In this document: positions 28,809 to 37,687 of the stretch, one piece after another | Position numbering within the stretch: the stretch's first letter is position 1 | How the letters are laid out: each line of letters starts with the position of its first letter | Source: an uncultured Actinomycetota bacterium | GTDB taxonomy: Bacteria > Actinomycetota > Actinomycetes > JAHEKZ01 | Assembly (NCBI GenBank): GCA_963718235.1 | Contig: CAVQYR010000001.1 | Coordinates: forward strand, 1,312,001 to 1,376,000 | Direction: 5' to 3' | Length of the DNA: 64,000 nt | Position numbers and translations under genes: made by a program | The notes under the pieces: model-generated | Told to the model about the DNA's origin: nothing | Databases searched by the model: none | Seen by the model: only the letters and a program-made list of their open reading frames with translations

Positions 28809-29703
28809 GCTTGACCAGGCCGAGGGTGTCGCGCACCTCGGCTGCGGTCTTGACCCGGATGTTCATCGACTCCAGCAGGGTGACCGCGCGCGACACGAGC
28901 TGGCCGTTGGTCGCGAGGACACCCTTGGACAGGTACAGGTTGTCCTCGAGCCCGACCCGGACGTTGCCGCCCATGAGGGTGGCCATGGCCGCGTAGGGCA
29001 GCTGGTGGCGCCCGATCGAGAACGCCGAGAAGACTGACCCGCTCGGGAGGTTGTTCACCATGGCCTGCAGCGTGGAGGGGTCGTTGGGAGCGCCGTAGGG
29101 GATACCCATGCACAGCTGGACCATGGCGGGATCGTCGATCAGACCTTCGGCGACCAGCTCGTTGAGCAGCACCAGGTCACCGGTGTCGAAGACCTCGACC
29201 TCCGGCTTGACACCGAGGTCCTTGATGCCTTGAGCCATCGCCCGGACCATGTCAGGGGTGTTCACCATGATGTAGGCACCGCCTGCGGCGAAGTTCATCG
29301 TGCCGCAGTCGAGGGTGCAGATCTCCGGGCGCAGCTCGGCGACGTGCACCAGCCGCTCGGCCGCGCCCGCCATGTCGGTGCCGGTCGACGGCGGCAGCGG
29401 GTTCTCCGCGCCGCCGAGCACGAGGTCGCCCCCCATTCCTGTGGTCAGGTTGAGGACCACGTCGGTTCCCGACGAGCGGATGATCTCGACGACCTTGGCG
29501 TACAGCTGCGGGTCGCGGGCCCCCTTGCCGGTCTCGGGGTTGCGCACATGGATGTGCACCACGGCCGCACCGGCGGCTGCCGCCTCGAGGGCCGAGGCGG
29601 CGATCTGCTCGGGGGTGACCGGAACCTTGTCGCTGACGCCGGTGGAGTCACCGGACCCGGTGACGGCGCAGGTGATGAAGGCGGCGGTTGAGACGGGGAG
29701 CAC
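28801..29703 (-). CDS. Beta-keto-acid cleavage enzyme (BKACE; 3-dehydrocarnitine cleavage, CdhC-like)
   Basis: ITCAVTG, VHIHVR Zn motif, CTLDCGTMNF, NVRVGLEDNLYL; GGAGGT RBS. Confidence 0.9.
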   Translation of the reverse strand: MLPVSTAAFITCAVTGSGDSTGVSDKVPVTPEQIAASALEAAAAGAAVVHIHVRNPETGKGARDPQLYAKVVEIIRSSGTDVVLNLTTGMGGDLVLGGAENPLPPSTGTDMAGAAERLVHVAELRPEICTLDCGTMNFAAGGAYIMVNTPDMVRAMAQGIKDLGVKPEVEVFDTGDLVLLNELVAEGLIDDPAMVQLCMGIPYGAPNDPSTLQAMVNNLPSGSVFSAFSIGRHQLPYAAMATLMGGNVRVGLEDNLYLSKGVLATNGQLVSRAVTLLESMNIRVKTAAEVRDTLGLVKHG

Positions 29704-29758
29704 GAGACCTCCACGGGTCGGGGGTGCCGGGTGCGGCTGGGTAGGGCTGAGTAGGGCT

Positions 29759-29797
29759 CTTGCACGATATGAACAAATGGTTACTATCGTGAACAAA
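29759..29797. promoter_or_regulatory. Candidate IclR operator in the divergent promoter region
   Basis: AT-rich TTGCACGATATGAACAA quasi-palindrome, TGAACAAA twice, and CACGATA...TATCGTG inverted repeat between BKACE and IclR. Confidence 0.55.
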
Positions 29798-29837
29798 CGC
29801 TAGGAGTCCACCCGCAGCGTGTCAAGGGAGGCCGGAC

Positions 29838-30596
29838 ATGTCGACACCGAACGGTCCCGCCCAGCCGGTGCAGTCGGTCGACCGGGCCATGACCCTGCTG
29901 GCGGGAGTGGCATCCAGCCAACGAGCGCTGACCGCGGCCGAGCTGGCGCAGCGGTGCGGCCTGAACCGCAGCACGGCCTGGCGGCTCCTGGCCACCCTCG
30001 AGGCGCACGGCATGGTCGAGCGCGACCACGCCGGTGGCTACAGGGTGGGTTACGGCGCCCTTCGGCTGGGTGCGGCGGCCGACGTCGACTCCGTCGTGCG
30101 ACGGGTCAAGCCCGAGCTCGAGAGACTGTCGGCGCAGGTGGGGGAGACCGTGAGCCTGGCGGTGGTCAAGAGCATGAGCCTGGTCTACGTCGACCACGTC
30201 ACGGTCAACGGCGTCGCCTACCAGCCATGGACCCAGGACCGGATCTCCCTGCACTCGACGTCGAGCGGGAAGATCTTCCTGGCCTGGCTGTCCGAGCAGG
30301 AGCGGGAGGGAGCAGTCCCCGGCACCCTGGAACGCTTCACCGACCGCACCACGACAGACCGGGCGGTCCTCGACGCAGAGCTGGCGAAGGCGCGACGACT
30401 CGGCTACGCCCGTTGCGCCGGCGAGGACGCCGCATTCACCAACGGAGTCTCGGCCGCGGCTCTGGACGCCCGACAGCGCCCCATCGCCGTGGTCAACGTG
30501 TGGGGCCCCGAGCGACGGATCCCGGTCGCCAGGTTCGACGAGCTCGGGCCCGCGGTCGTCGAGGCGGCCGACCGGATCGCTGCCCTGCTGGCGTAG
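29838..30596 (+). CDS. IclR-family transcriptional regulator
   Basis: VQSVDRAM, LNRSTAWRLLATL helix-turn-helix, LHSTSSGKIFLA, LERFTDRT. Confidence 0.93.
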   Translation: MSTPNGPAQPVQSVDRAMTLLAGVASSQRALTAAELAQRCGLNRSTAWRLLATLEAHGMVERDHAGGYRVGYGALRLGAAADVDSVVRRVKPELERLSAQVGETVSLAVVKSMSLVYVDHVTVNGVAYQPWTQDRISLHSTSSGKIFLAWLSEQEREGAVPGTLERFTDRTTTDRAVLDAELAKARRLGYARCAGEDAAFTNGVSAAALDARQRPIAVVNVWGPERRIPVARFDELGPAVVEAADRIAALLA

Positions 30597-30679
30597 CCCG
30601 ATGCCTGAGGGCGCAGAGGGTCGATGGGCTCTACCTCGCCCTTGCCCGGCCTCGTAGCGTGAGAGTGGAGGTGGCGACC

Positions 30680-31789
30680 ATGTCCGCGACCCTTCACACC
30701 CGCCCTGAAGAAGACACGCACACGCTCGACTCGGCACTGCGCGAGCTGGTCAGTTCCGGTGAGTTGACCGACGCGCAGGCACACCGGGTGCACGACGCCG
30801 TCCTCGCCCAAGGATCTGCTCGCGTGAGCGCCCCGGCGACGACACCACGTCGAAGCGAGGGCTGGGCCGGCCGTCTGATCGAGGTCGGTGCCTACCTCGG
30901 CGCCGCACTCGTGGCGGCTGGCGGAGTTCTCGTGGTCGGCCAGCAGTGGGAGCAGCTCGGTCGCAGTGGTCAGCTGGCCGTTCTGGCCGGGGTCATGATC
31001 GCCCTCGGGGTCGCGGGACTCACGGTGGTCGCGGTGACGCGCCGTAGTCGTACCGACCTGGACGCCGCCGTGCTGCGTCGGCTGGCCAGCACCCTGCTCA
31101 CCCTGTCCGCTGCCGCGTCGGCCGGGCTGGTGATCCGGGTCTACCTGCCGGACACCGGAGAGGCCTCGGACACCCGGGTCGGGTGGATGTTCCTGACCGC
31201 CGGTCTCGTGGCAGGCCTCATCCTGTTGGCCGCGCGGCTCATCGCGCCTAGCGCCGTGGCCGAGGTCGGACTCTACGGCGCACTGCTTGGTGCACTGGGC
31301 GGGACCATGATGCTCGTCGGACCGACGAACGACCCGACCGCAGCCATCGTGGCGTTCTTCTGCATCGGGGTCGGCTACGCGTCGGCGTCCGTGCTGACCC
31401 GCCTGCTGACGGTTCGGACGCTGGGGTTGGTGCTCGGCCTGGGCACCGCGTTGTTCGCCTCGCTCGTCGGCGAAGAGACCACCAGCCGGGTGCTGCTCGC
31501 CGTCCTGGCGGTGGGCTGCTTCGCCGCCTACCTGGCGCGGCCGCTGTGGCCGTTGGTGACCGTCGCGATGGTGTCGGCCGTGGGGTTCTCGTTCCTGCTG
31601 GTCGGTGACACGTTCGGTCCGGCTGTCGCCATGCTCGTGTCCGGGCTGGTGCTCCTGGCGCTTGCCGCTGGCGCGCTGCTGCTACGCCGTCGTCACGTTC
31701 ACGGCGAGGAGCACGGCCACGTACTGCACGAGGTAGGCCGCGATGGTGAAGGCGTGGAAGACCTCGTGGAACCCGAACCACGAGGGTGA
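30680..31789 (+). CDS. Polytopic membrane protein (DUF2157-like)
   Basis: LVSSGELTDAQA N-terminus, EVGAYLGAAL and many TM segments; GGAGG RBS. Confidence 0.75.
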   Translation: MSATLHTRPEEDTHTLDSALRELVSSGELTDAQAHRVHDAVLAQGSARVSAPATTPRRSEGWAGRLIEVGAYLGAALVAAGGVLVVGQQWEQLGRSGQLAVLAGVMIALGVAGLTVVAVTRRSRTDLDAAVLRRLASTLLTLSAAASAGLVIRVYLPDTGEASDTRVGWMFLTAGLVAGLILLAARLIAPSAVAEVGLYGALLGALGGTMMLVGPTNDPTAAIVAFFCIGVGYASASVLTRLLTVRTLGLVLGLGTALFASLVGEETTSRVLLAVLAVGCFAAYLARPLWPLVTVAMVSAVGFSFLLVGDTFGPAVAMLVSGLVLLALAAGALLLRRRHVHGEEHGHVLHEVGRDGEGVEDLVEPEPRG

Positions 31790-32464
31790 CGGGTCGGGGC
31801 GCTTGAGTGCGTACACCACGGCGCCGCAGGTGTAGAGCAGGCCGCCTGCGGCGATGAGGAGCACGATGAGGACACCGCCCGCCGTCCACAGTGCGGGCAG
31901 GAAGGCGACGGCCACCCAGCCGAGCGCGATGTAGGTGCTCACGTACAGCCAGCGGGGTGCCCCCACCCACACGACCCGGAACACCACCCCTGCGAAGGCC
32001 ACCGTCCACACGATCCACAGCAGCAACGACTGGGTCGTCCCGGACAGCAGGGCGACGGCGAACGGGGTGTACGACCCGGCGATGAACAGGTAGATGTTGG
32101 CGTGGTCGAGCCGTTTGAGGACCGCCGCCGCGTGCCGGCCCCACTCGCGTCGGTGGTATGTGGCACTCACCCCGAACAGCAGCACGGTCGTCGTCACGTA
32201 GACGGCGACCGACCAGCGAACCGCGCCGGTCGGTGCCACGGCGAGCGCGACGAATCCGAGCACCAGCGCGAGCGGCACCGCCCCGAGGTGCAACCAGCCG
32301 CGCAGGTGGGGTCGCACGTTGGTCGGAACGTGGGGCAACGCCCGCTCGAGGACGCCCTCGGCCCGCTCGACGGCCCGCTCGGTGGCTCGTTCGACGCGCT
32401 CCTCGACGCCGTGCTCGACGTCGCGGAGCCGTTCGTGCGGACGGTGGGGCTGGTCGGGGGTCAC
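31682..32464 (-). CDS. Hemolysin III / PAQR-family membrane protein
   Basis: RPHLRGWLH, SATYH, RLDHANIYLFIAGSYTP, FGFHEVFH. Confidence 0.9.
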   Translation of the reverse strand: MTPDQPHRPHERLRDVEHGVEERVERATERAVERAEGVLERALPHVPTNVRPHLRGWLHLGAVPLALVLGFVALAVAPTGAVRWSVAVYVTTTVLLFGVSATYHRREWGRHAAAVLKRLDHANIYLFIAGSYTPFAVALLSGTTQSLLLWIVWTVAFAGVVFRVVWVGAPRWLYVSTYIALGWVAVAFLPALWTAGGVLIVLLIAAGGLLYTCGAVVYALKRPDPSPSWFGFHEVFHAFTIAAYLVQYVAVLLAVNVTTA

Positions 32465-33210
32465 AGGTCGAAGACCTCGAACAGCACCGCGGCCTGCACC
32501 CCCTGGGGCTCGCCGGCGCCGGCCGCGATCCAGGTAAGGAACTCCTCGGGGTCGGGGGCCGCCTCGCCGAGGCCGTCGAGATAGGCGGCGTGGGCATGCA
32601 GCGAGGCGACCGCACGGTCCATGTGACCGGTGACGTCGACGAAGTGGGTGGCCAACGGGGAGGAGGCCATGGCGACGAACCGCACGCCGCTCCACGGCGG
32701 CAGGCCTTGGTCGACCAGGTCGGTGAAGATCCAGCGGTTGCCCGCATCCTTGGTGCCGTCGAGGGTGGCCAGGCCCACGGCGCGATGGTCGGCCTGGTTG
32801 GTGAAGCCTCCGCCGAAGCGCTCGTGGTGGTTCATGCCGATCACCACGTCGGGGCGGTGTCGTCGGACGGCAGCGGCGATGTCGCGGCGCAGGGGCAACC
32901 CGTACTCCACCGCACCGTCGGGGTGCCCGAGGAACTCCACCGTGTGGACCCCGACCAGCGCGGCGCCATCGCGCTCCTCCTGCTCGCGCAGCGGTCCGGC
33001 CTCGGCCGGCGCCAGGGAGTCGATGCCGGCCTCGCCCCGGGTGGCGAGCACGTAGGTGACCGAAGCACCGCGCGAGGTCCACTTGGCGACGGCGGCCGCG
33101 GCGCCGTACTCCATGTCGTCGGGGTGGGCCACGACGCACAGGACCCGCTCGAAGTCCTCCGGCAGGGCGGGAAGCCGGCTTGGCACGGGTGGGCCGGGCG
33201 TGGTCGCCAT
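32461..33210 (-). CDS. PIG-L/LmbE-family deacetylase
   Basis: VVAHPDDMEY, TRGEAG, QADHRAVG. Confidence 0.88.
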   Translation of the reverse strand: MATTPGPPVPSRLPALPEDFERVLCVVAHPDDMEYGAAAAVAKWTSRGASVTYVLATRGEAGIDSLAPAEAGPLREQEERDGAALVGVHTVEFLGHPDGAVEYGLPLRRDIAAAVRRHRPDVVIGMNHHERFGGGFTNQADHRAVGLATLDGTKDAGNRWIFTDLVDQGLPPWSGVRFVAMASSPLATHFVDVTGHMDRAVASLHAHAAYLDGLGEAAPDPEEFLTWIAAGAGEPQGVQAAVLFEVFDL

Positions 33211-34895
33211 CAGTACTTCCCGTACACCTGGACCTTGGTCCCCAGCGGGGACTCCTTCCAGATCCTGAAGATGTCCGGCCGCCAGACCCGGACACACCCA
33301 TGACTGGCGGGGTACGGCAGCACGAGGTCGTTGGAGGCCGACCCGTGCAGGGCGATCGCCGGACGGCTCGGGAAGAAGAACATCGGGTGGTACATGAAGG
33401 CGCCGGGGTACAGCGTGCTCTCGACCGGCCCCTTCAGCTTGCGGAAGATCGCGCCGGTCCCGTTCGGGGTCTCGTAGCCGGGCTGGCCGGAGGACGCCCA
33501 CACGACCCGGCGGAACTTCGAGTGCACCACCTGGAACAGGACCTGGCAGGTCTTGTTCATGTACAGGCCGTCGGAACGCTTGGGCTTGGGGAGTCGGTGG
33601 GCGCCGAGGATCGAGTTCGCCAGCCCCTTGGTGAGGCCGCTGCGGCTGGGTGTGAAGCCGGCCATGTCGCGCCACGCGCACAGAGCCTGGCGGGTTCGGG
33701 CGTCGTCGACGCCGTCGACGGCTCCGACCGGGACGCCGAGCTGGTCCAGCTTGCGTTCGACGAAGTAGGTGCGGTTGCCGGTGACGACCTCGAACCTGGT
33801 GCTGGTGCCCTCGGCCACCCGACAGGGTCCCTGCCGACAGAGGGCAGCGGGCTTGCGGACCCGGAACGTGTGGAGACCGACCTTGCTGATCCTGGTGGAC
33901 AGGGTGAATCGGGCCCGGTGGGTGGGGCTGCCGCCAGAGGAGACCACGTGGATCCGACTGCGGTCGACGGTGGCCCAGCGGTCTGCGCGTCGCATCTCCA
34001 GCACGACCTGACCGAGCCGCTTGGCCGGCCAGCCGGGGGAGACGAACCCCTTGACGGTGTAGCGCCGGTCGAGCGACGCGATCGCCTTGGCGCGCGGCGT
34101 GGACACGGCGAACGTCGAGGCCGGGAAGCCGAGGCGGTAGTGGCCGAAGGTCACCCCAGGCAGGCCGGGGAGGCGAAGGGCCAGAAGCGCGCTGCCCTGC
34201 GGTGTGGGCCACGGCCAGCGCGAGGTGACGACGCCCTTGCCGTTCGATCGGTCGACGACTGCGCCGGTGGTCCCTGCGCTGCGTCGCAGCACGAGGTCGA
34301 CCGCGCGTGCGGCGTCGCGGCTGTTCGAGAAGACGACCCGCGTGGTCGCGGTCGCCCCCCTGGTGCGGCCTGGGCCCAGCCGGTGTGGCTCCTGGACGAT
34401 GCGGGTCAGCACCGGCCAGTCCGAGCCGTTGACGGTGATCTGTCCCTCGCTCCCGAGGGACAGTCGCAGCGGGCCGTCGGTGACGCAGTCACGGCTCACC
34501 GGGCACAGCTCCACGGACAGCTGGTGCGCGCCGTCCATCATCGACCCAGCCCGGAGCTTGGCCTGCCAGGTGCCGTCGGTGTCGTCACCGGAGACCGGCG
34601 TCATGGTGGTCGGCGCGAGTCCGACGCCCTTGCCGCGGTCGACCACCACCGGCTGACCGTCCTGTCCTCCCGGCACGACGAGGTGGAGCGACACCGTGAT
34701 GGCGCGGGTCTCCTTGCGGGTCACGGTGACCGTCTTCGGCGCCGCCGTCACCGAGTCGACCGTGGGGCTGCCAGGGGCTGCAGTGGCGGTCGGTGGAGCC
34801 ACGACGAGCACCCCCACCGTGGCCAGTGTGGTCAGCAGGGCCGTCGCCGTCGCGCGGTTCCGGCGAGGAGTCGACAGCAAGGGGCGAGGAGACAC
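33210..34895 (-). CDS. Secreted L,D-transpeptidase-family protein with a long N-terminal extension
   Basis: Signal-like N-terminus, PG-binding-like VDGVDDART, ALHGS...ASHGCVRV catalytic motif; TACCCT 6 nt before GTG. Confidence 0.82.
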   Translation of the reverse strand: MSPRPLLSTPRRNRATATALLTTLATVGVLVVAPPTATAAPGSPTVDSVTAAPKTVTVTRKETRAITVSLHLVVPGGQDGQPVVVDRGKGVGLAPTTMTPVSGDDTDGTWQAKLRAGSMMDGAHQLSVELCPVSRDCVTDGPLRLSLGSEGQITVNGSDWPVLTRIVQEPHRLGPGRTRGATATTRVVFSNSRDAARAVDLVLRRSAGTTGAVVDRSNGKGVVTSRWPWPTPQGSALLALRLPGLPGVTFGHYRLGFPASTFAVSTPRAKAIASLDRRYTVKGFVSPGWPAKRLGQVVLEMRRADRWATVDRSRIHVVSSGGSPTHRARFTLSTRISKVGLHTFRVRKPAALCRQGPCRVAEGTSTRFEVVTGNRTYFVERKLDQLGVPVGAVDGVDDARTRQALCAWRDMAGFTPSRSGLTKGLANSILGAHRLPKPKRSDGLYMNKTCQVLFQVVHSKFRRVVWASSGQPGYETPNGTGAIFRKLKGPVESTLYPGAFMYHPMFFFPSRPAIALHGSASNDLVLPYPASHGCVRVWRPDIFRIWKESPLGTKVQVYGKY

Positions 34896-34932
34896 CCCCC
34901 CAGGGTAGGTGACGGGGGAAGGATCCTCGGCC

Positions 34933-35874
34933 ATGCCGCGTTCCAGCAGCGTGGCTCGACCCGAAGACCTGTACTCCGTTCACACGCAGCCGCTGCGCCT
35001 GAACGGCGCACCCGACGCTGGGGTGCCGCTGGTGATGCTCGTCGGCATGACCGGATTCCTGGACGCCGGTGGAGCGCCGACGAGCGCTGCCGAGCACCTG
35101 CTGGAGCACCTGGACCCTCGGTTGCTCGCCACGTTCGACTCCGACGCACTGCTCGACTACCGGACGCACCGGCCGGTCATGACCTACGTACGCGACCACT
35201 ACGACACCGTGGTCCTGCCCGAGATCCGGCTGTACCAGCTCGCTGACCTCGAGGAGCGGGACTTCCTGCTCCTGGTCGGGCCGGAGCCCGACCTCGCCTG
35301 GAACGGGTTCGTCGGGGCGGTGACCCAGCTGGTCGAGACCCTCGGTGTCTCGCTGGTGGTGGGCCTGGGGGCCGTCCCGTGGCCCGCTCCGCACACCCGG
35401 CCGCTGGACGTCTCGGCGCACGCGACGGACCCGCAGCGTGTGGCCGGCTACCGGCCGTGGGTGTCGTCGATCCAGGTGCCGGGTCATGTGGGCGGTCTGC
35501 TCGAGCTGCGGTTGGGTGAGTCCGGGCACGAGGCGATGGGCTTCGCGGTCCACGTGCCGCAGTACCTGGCGCAGTACGGCTACCCGCAGGCAGCGGTCCG
35601 ACTGCTCCACGCGGTCGTCGACGCCACCGGGCTCTCGTTGCCGATCGCCACGCTGGCCGAGGCAGCCCTGGTCGTCGACGAGGAGATCGTCGAGCACCTC
35701 ACCCGGTCGCCCGAGCTGGCCGAGGGGGTCCGCATGCTCGAGACCCGCTACGACGCGGCGCACGACGGGGGGACGCTCGAGGGTCTCGCCGTCGACGGCG
35801 AGCTGCCGTCCGGTGAGGACATCGCCGCCTCGCTGGAGCGCTACCTGGCCGAACGGGCTGCTTCCGACGAGTGA
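34933..35874 (+). CDS. PAC2-family (proteasome assembly chaperone-like) protein
   Basis: GFLDAG, LLDYR..RP, GPEPDLAW, PHTRP, VHVPQYL. Confidence 0.85.
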   Translation: MPRSSSVARPEDLYSVHTQPLRLNGAPDAGVPLVMLVGMTGFLDAGGAPTSAAEHLLEHLDPRLLATFDSDALLDYRTHRPVMTYVRDHYDTVVLPEIRLYQLADLEERDFLLLVGPEPDLAWNGFVGAVTQLVETLGVSLVVGLGAVPWPAPHTRPLDVSAHATDPQRVAGYRPWVSSIQVPGHVGGLLELRLGESGHEAMGFAVHVPQYLAQYGYPQAAVRLLHAVVDATGLSLPIATLAEAALVVDEEIVEHLTRSPELAEGVRMLETRYDAAHDGGTLEGLAVDGELPSGEDIAASLERYLAERAASDE

Positions 35875-35976
35875 GCCGGCCGGATGAGGGGTCGTTCACC
35901 GACCGTTCACCAGGGCCGTCGTGGTCGAGCCGTGTGCCGGTGGTCGATCCGGGCCGACGTGCGGTAGGCATGGTGC

Positions 35977-37404
35977 ATGCAGGAAGTGCGCCTCGCCGCC
36001 CGGTCTCCGCTCGAGCTCGCCGCCGTCATCGGCCCAGAGCGGGTCGACCGGTTGGTGAGTGCGATTGCCCCGGTCATGCAGCATGCCCTCTCCGGGCACA
36101 GCGTGATCAACGTCAACTCCACCGCCGCCGGAGGCGGAGTCGCCGAGATGCTGCAGGTTCTGCTGCCGTTGTCCCGTGGCGCCGACGTCGACGCCCGGTG
36201 GCTCGTGATCGACGGCGACCCGGAGTTCTTCGCCCTGACCAAGCGGCTGCACCACCAGCTGCACGGTGACGCGGGGGACGGCGCCCCGCTCGACTCACTC
36301 GCCCGGGCCCACTACGAGCAGACGATGCGCAACAACATCAGCGAGCTCGCTGCCGTCGTCGCCGAGGGCGATGTGGTGATCCTGCACGACCCTCAGACGG
36401 CAGGCTTGGCCGAGTCGTTGAAGAACCGCGGGCTCCCCGTGGTGTGGCGCTGTCACGTCGGGGTCGACGGTGACAACGAGTGGACGGCGCAGGCCTGGGA
36501 CTTCCTGCGGCCCTACCTGCTCGACCACGTCGATGCGTTCGTCTTCACCCGGGAGAGCTACGCGCCGCGCTGGGTCCCGCGTGAGCGACTGCACATCATC
36601 AAGCCGAGCCTCGACCCGCTCGCGGCCAAGAACCTCCCGCTGACCGACGAAGAGGTCGTCGCGATCCTGTCGCACGTGGGGATCATCGACGGGACCGAGC
36701 CGACCCCGGTGCCGTTCGCCCGGGCGGACGGGTCACCAGGCCGGGTGGAGCGTTTCGCCGACATCATCTGCACCGGTCCGCCGCCACCGGTCGACGCACC
36801 GCTCGTCGTCCAGGTGAGCCGCTGGGACCCGCTCAAGGACATGGCCGGGGTCATGCACGGCTTCGTCGAGCACGTGCTCGACGGAACCTCGGCCCACCTC
36901 GTGCTGGCCGGTCCGGTCGTCACCGCCGTGGCGGACGACCCCGAGGCCGCCCAGGTGCTGGAGCAGACCTGGGAGCAGTGGCGAGCCCTTCGCCACCACC
37001 AGCGCAGCAGGGTCCAGCTGGTGTGCCTGCCGATGTCCGACGTCGAGGAGAACGGCGTCATCGTCAACGCGCTTCAGCGTCATGCCTCGGTCGTGGTCCA
37101 GAAGAGCCTCGCCGAGGGCTTCGGGCTGACCGTCGCAGAGGCCATGTTCAAGGGCACGGCCGTGGTCGCCTCGGCGGTCGGGGGCATCGTCGACCAGGTC
37201 GTCGACGGGGAGACCGGGCTGTTGGTCTCCTCTCCCCACGACCTGGCCCAGTTCGGCGCCGCGGTGCGCAGGCTGCTGGACGAGCCGGACACGGCGGCGG
37301 CCATGGGTCGGGCCGGCCGGCAGCGGGCCATCGACCACTTCCTCCCGGACACGTCGCTGGAGCAGTGGCAGCGCGTCCTGGTCACCGCGATGGGTGCCGG
37401 CTGA
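35977..37404 (+). CDS. GT4 glycosyltransferase, TreT-like trehalose synthase
   Basis: VNSTAAGGGVAEML, LHDPQ, WRCH, QVSRWDPLKD, QKSLAEGFGLTVAEAM. Confidence 0.88.
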   Translation: MQEVRLAARSPLELAAVIGPERVDRLVSAIAPVMQHALSGHSVINVNSTAAGGGVAEMLQVLLPLSRGADVDARWLVIDGDPEFFALTKRLHHQLHGDAGDGAPLDSLARAHYEQTMRNNISELAAVVAEGDVVILHDPQTAGLAESLKNRGLPVVWRCHVGVDGDNEWTAQAWDFLRPYLLDHVDAFVFTRESYAPRWVPRERLHIIKPSLDPLAAKNLPLTDEEVVAILSHVGIIDGTEPTPVPFARADGSPGRVERFADIICTGPPPPVDAPLVVQVSRWDPLKDMAGVMHGFVEHVLDGTSAHLVLAGPVVTAVADDPEAAQVLEQTWEQWRALRHHQRSRVQLVCLPMSDVEENGVIVNALQRHASVVVQKSLAEGFGLTVAEAMFKGTAVVASAVGGIVDQVVDGETGLLVSSPHDLAQFGAAVRRLLDEPDTAAAMGRAGRQRAIDHFLPDTSLEQWQRVLVTAMGAG

Positions 37405-37459
37405 GCGATCCGTGCGTTTCGGCTCAAGACACACCACCCGGTCGGCCGATAGACAGACG

Positions 37460-37687
37460 GTGAGCAGTCCGAACTGTCCCGACCCGATCATCCGGGCGAC
37501 GCTGGTCGCGGTGCACCGACGTGACCACGGTCACCCGGTGAGCCCGTGCCACCCGCACGACATCGAGGTGGTCCGCCTCGGCCCGGCGGCCATGGCGGTC
37601 TGCCACGACTGCTGCTTCGAGTTCGGCTTCGACGACACGCACACCTGCGAGAACGTCGCCCTCGATCACCGGCGCGCGACCGCCTGA
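37460..37687 (+). CDS. Small Cys/His-rich hypothetical protein
   Basis: CHPHD, VCHDCCFE and HTCE motifs; GC3-biased codons; fills the gap between TreT and the SDR gene. Confidence 0.55.
   Translation: MSSPNCPDPIIRATLVAVHRRDHGHPVSPCHPHDIEVVRLGPAAMAVCHDCCFEFGFDDTHTCENVALDHRRATA

Noticed and set aside
32340-32420. Imperfect 12-bp repeats at the hemolysin III N-terminus (VERA/TERA)
   Set aside because: Ordinary low-complexity helical coding sequence.
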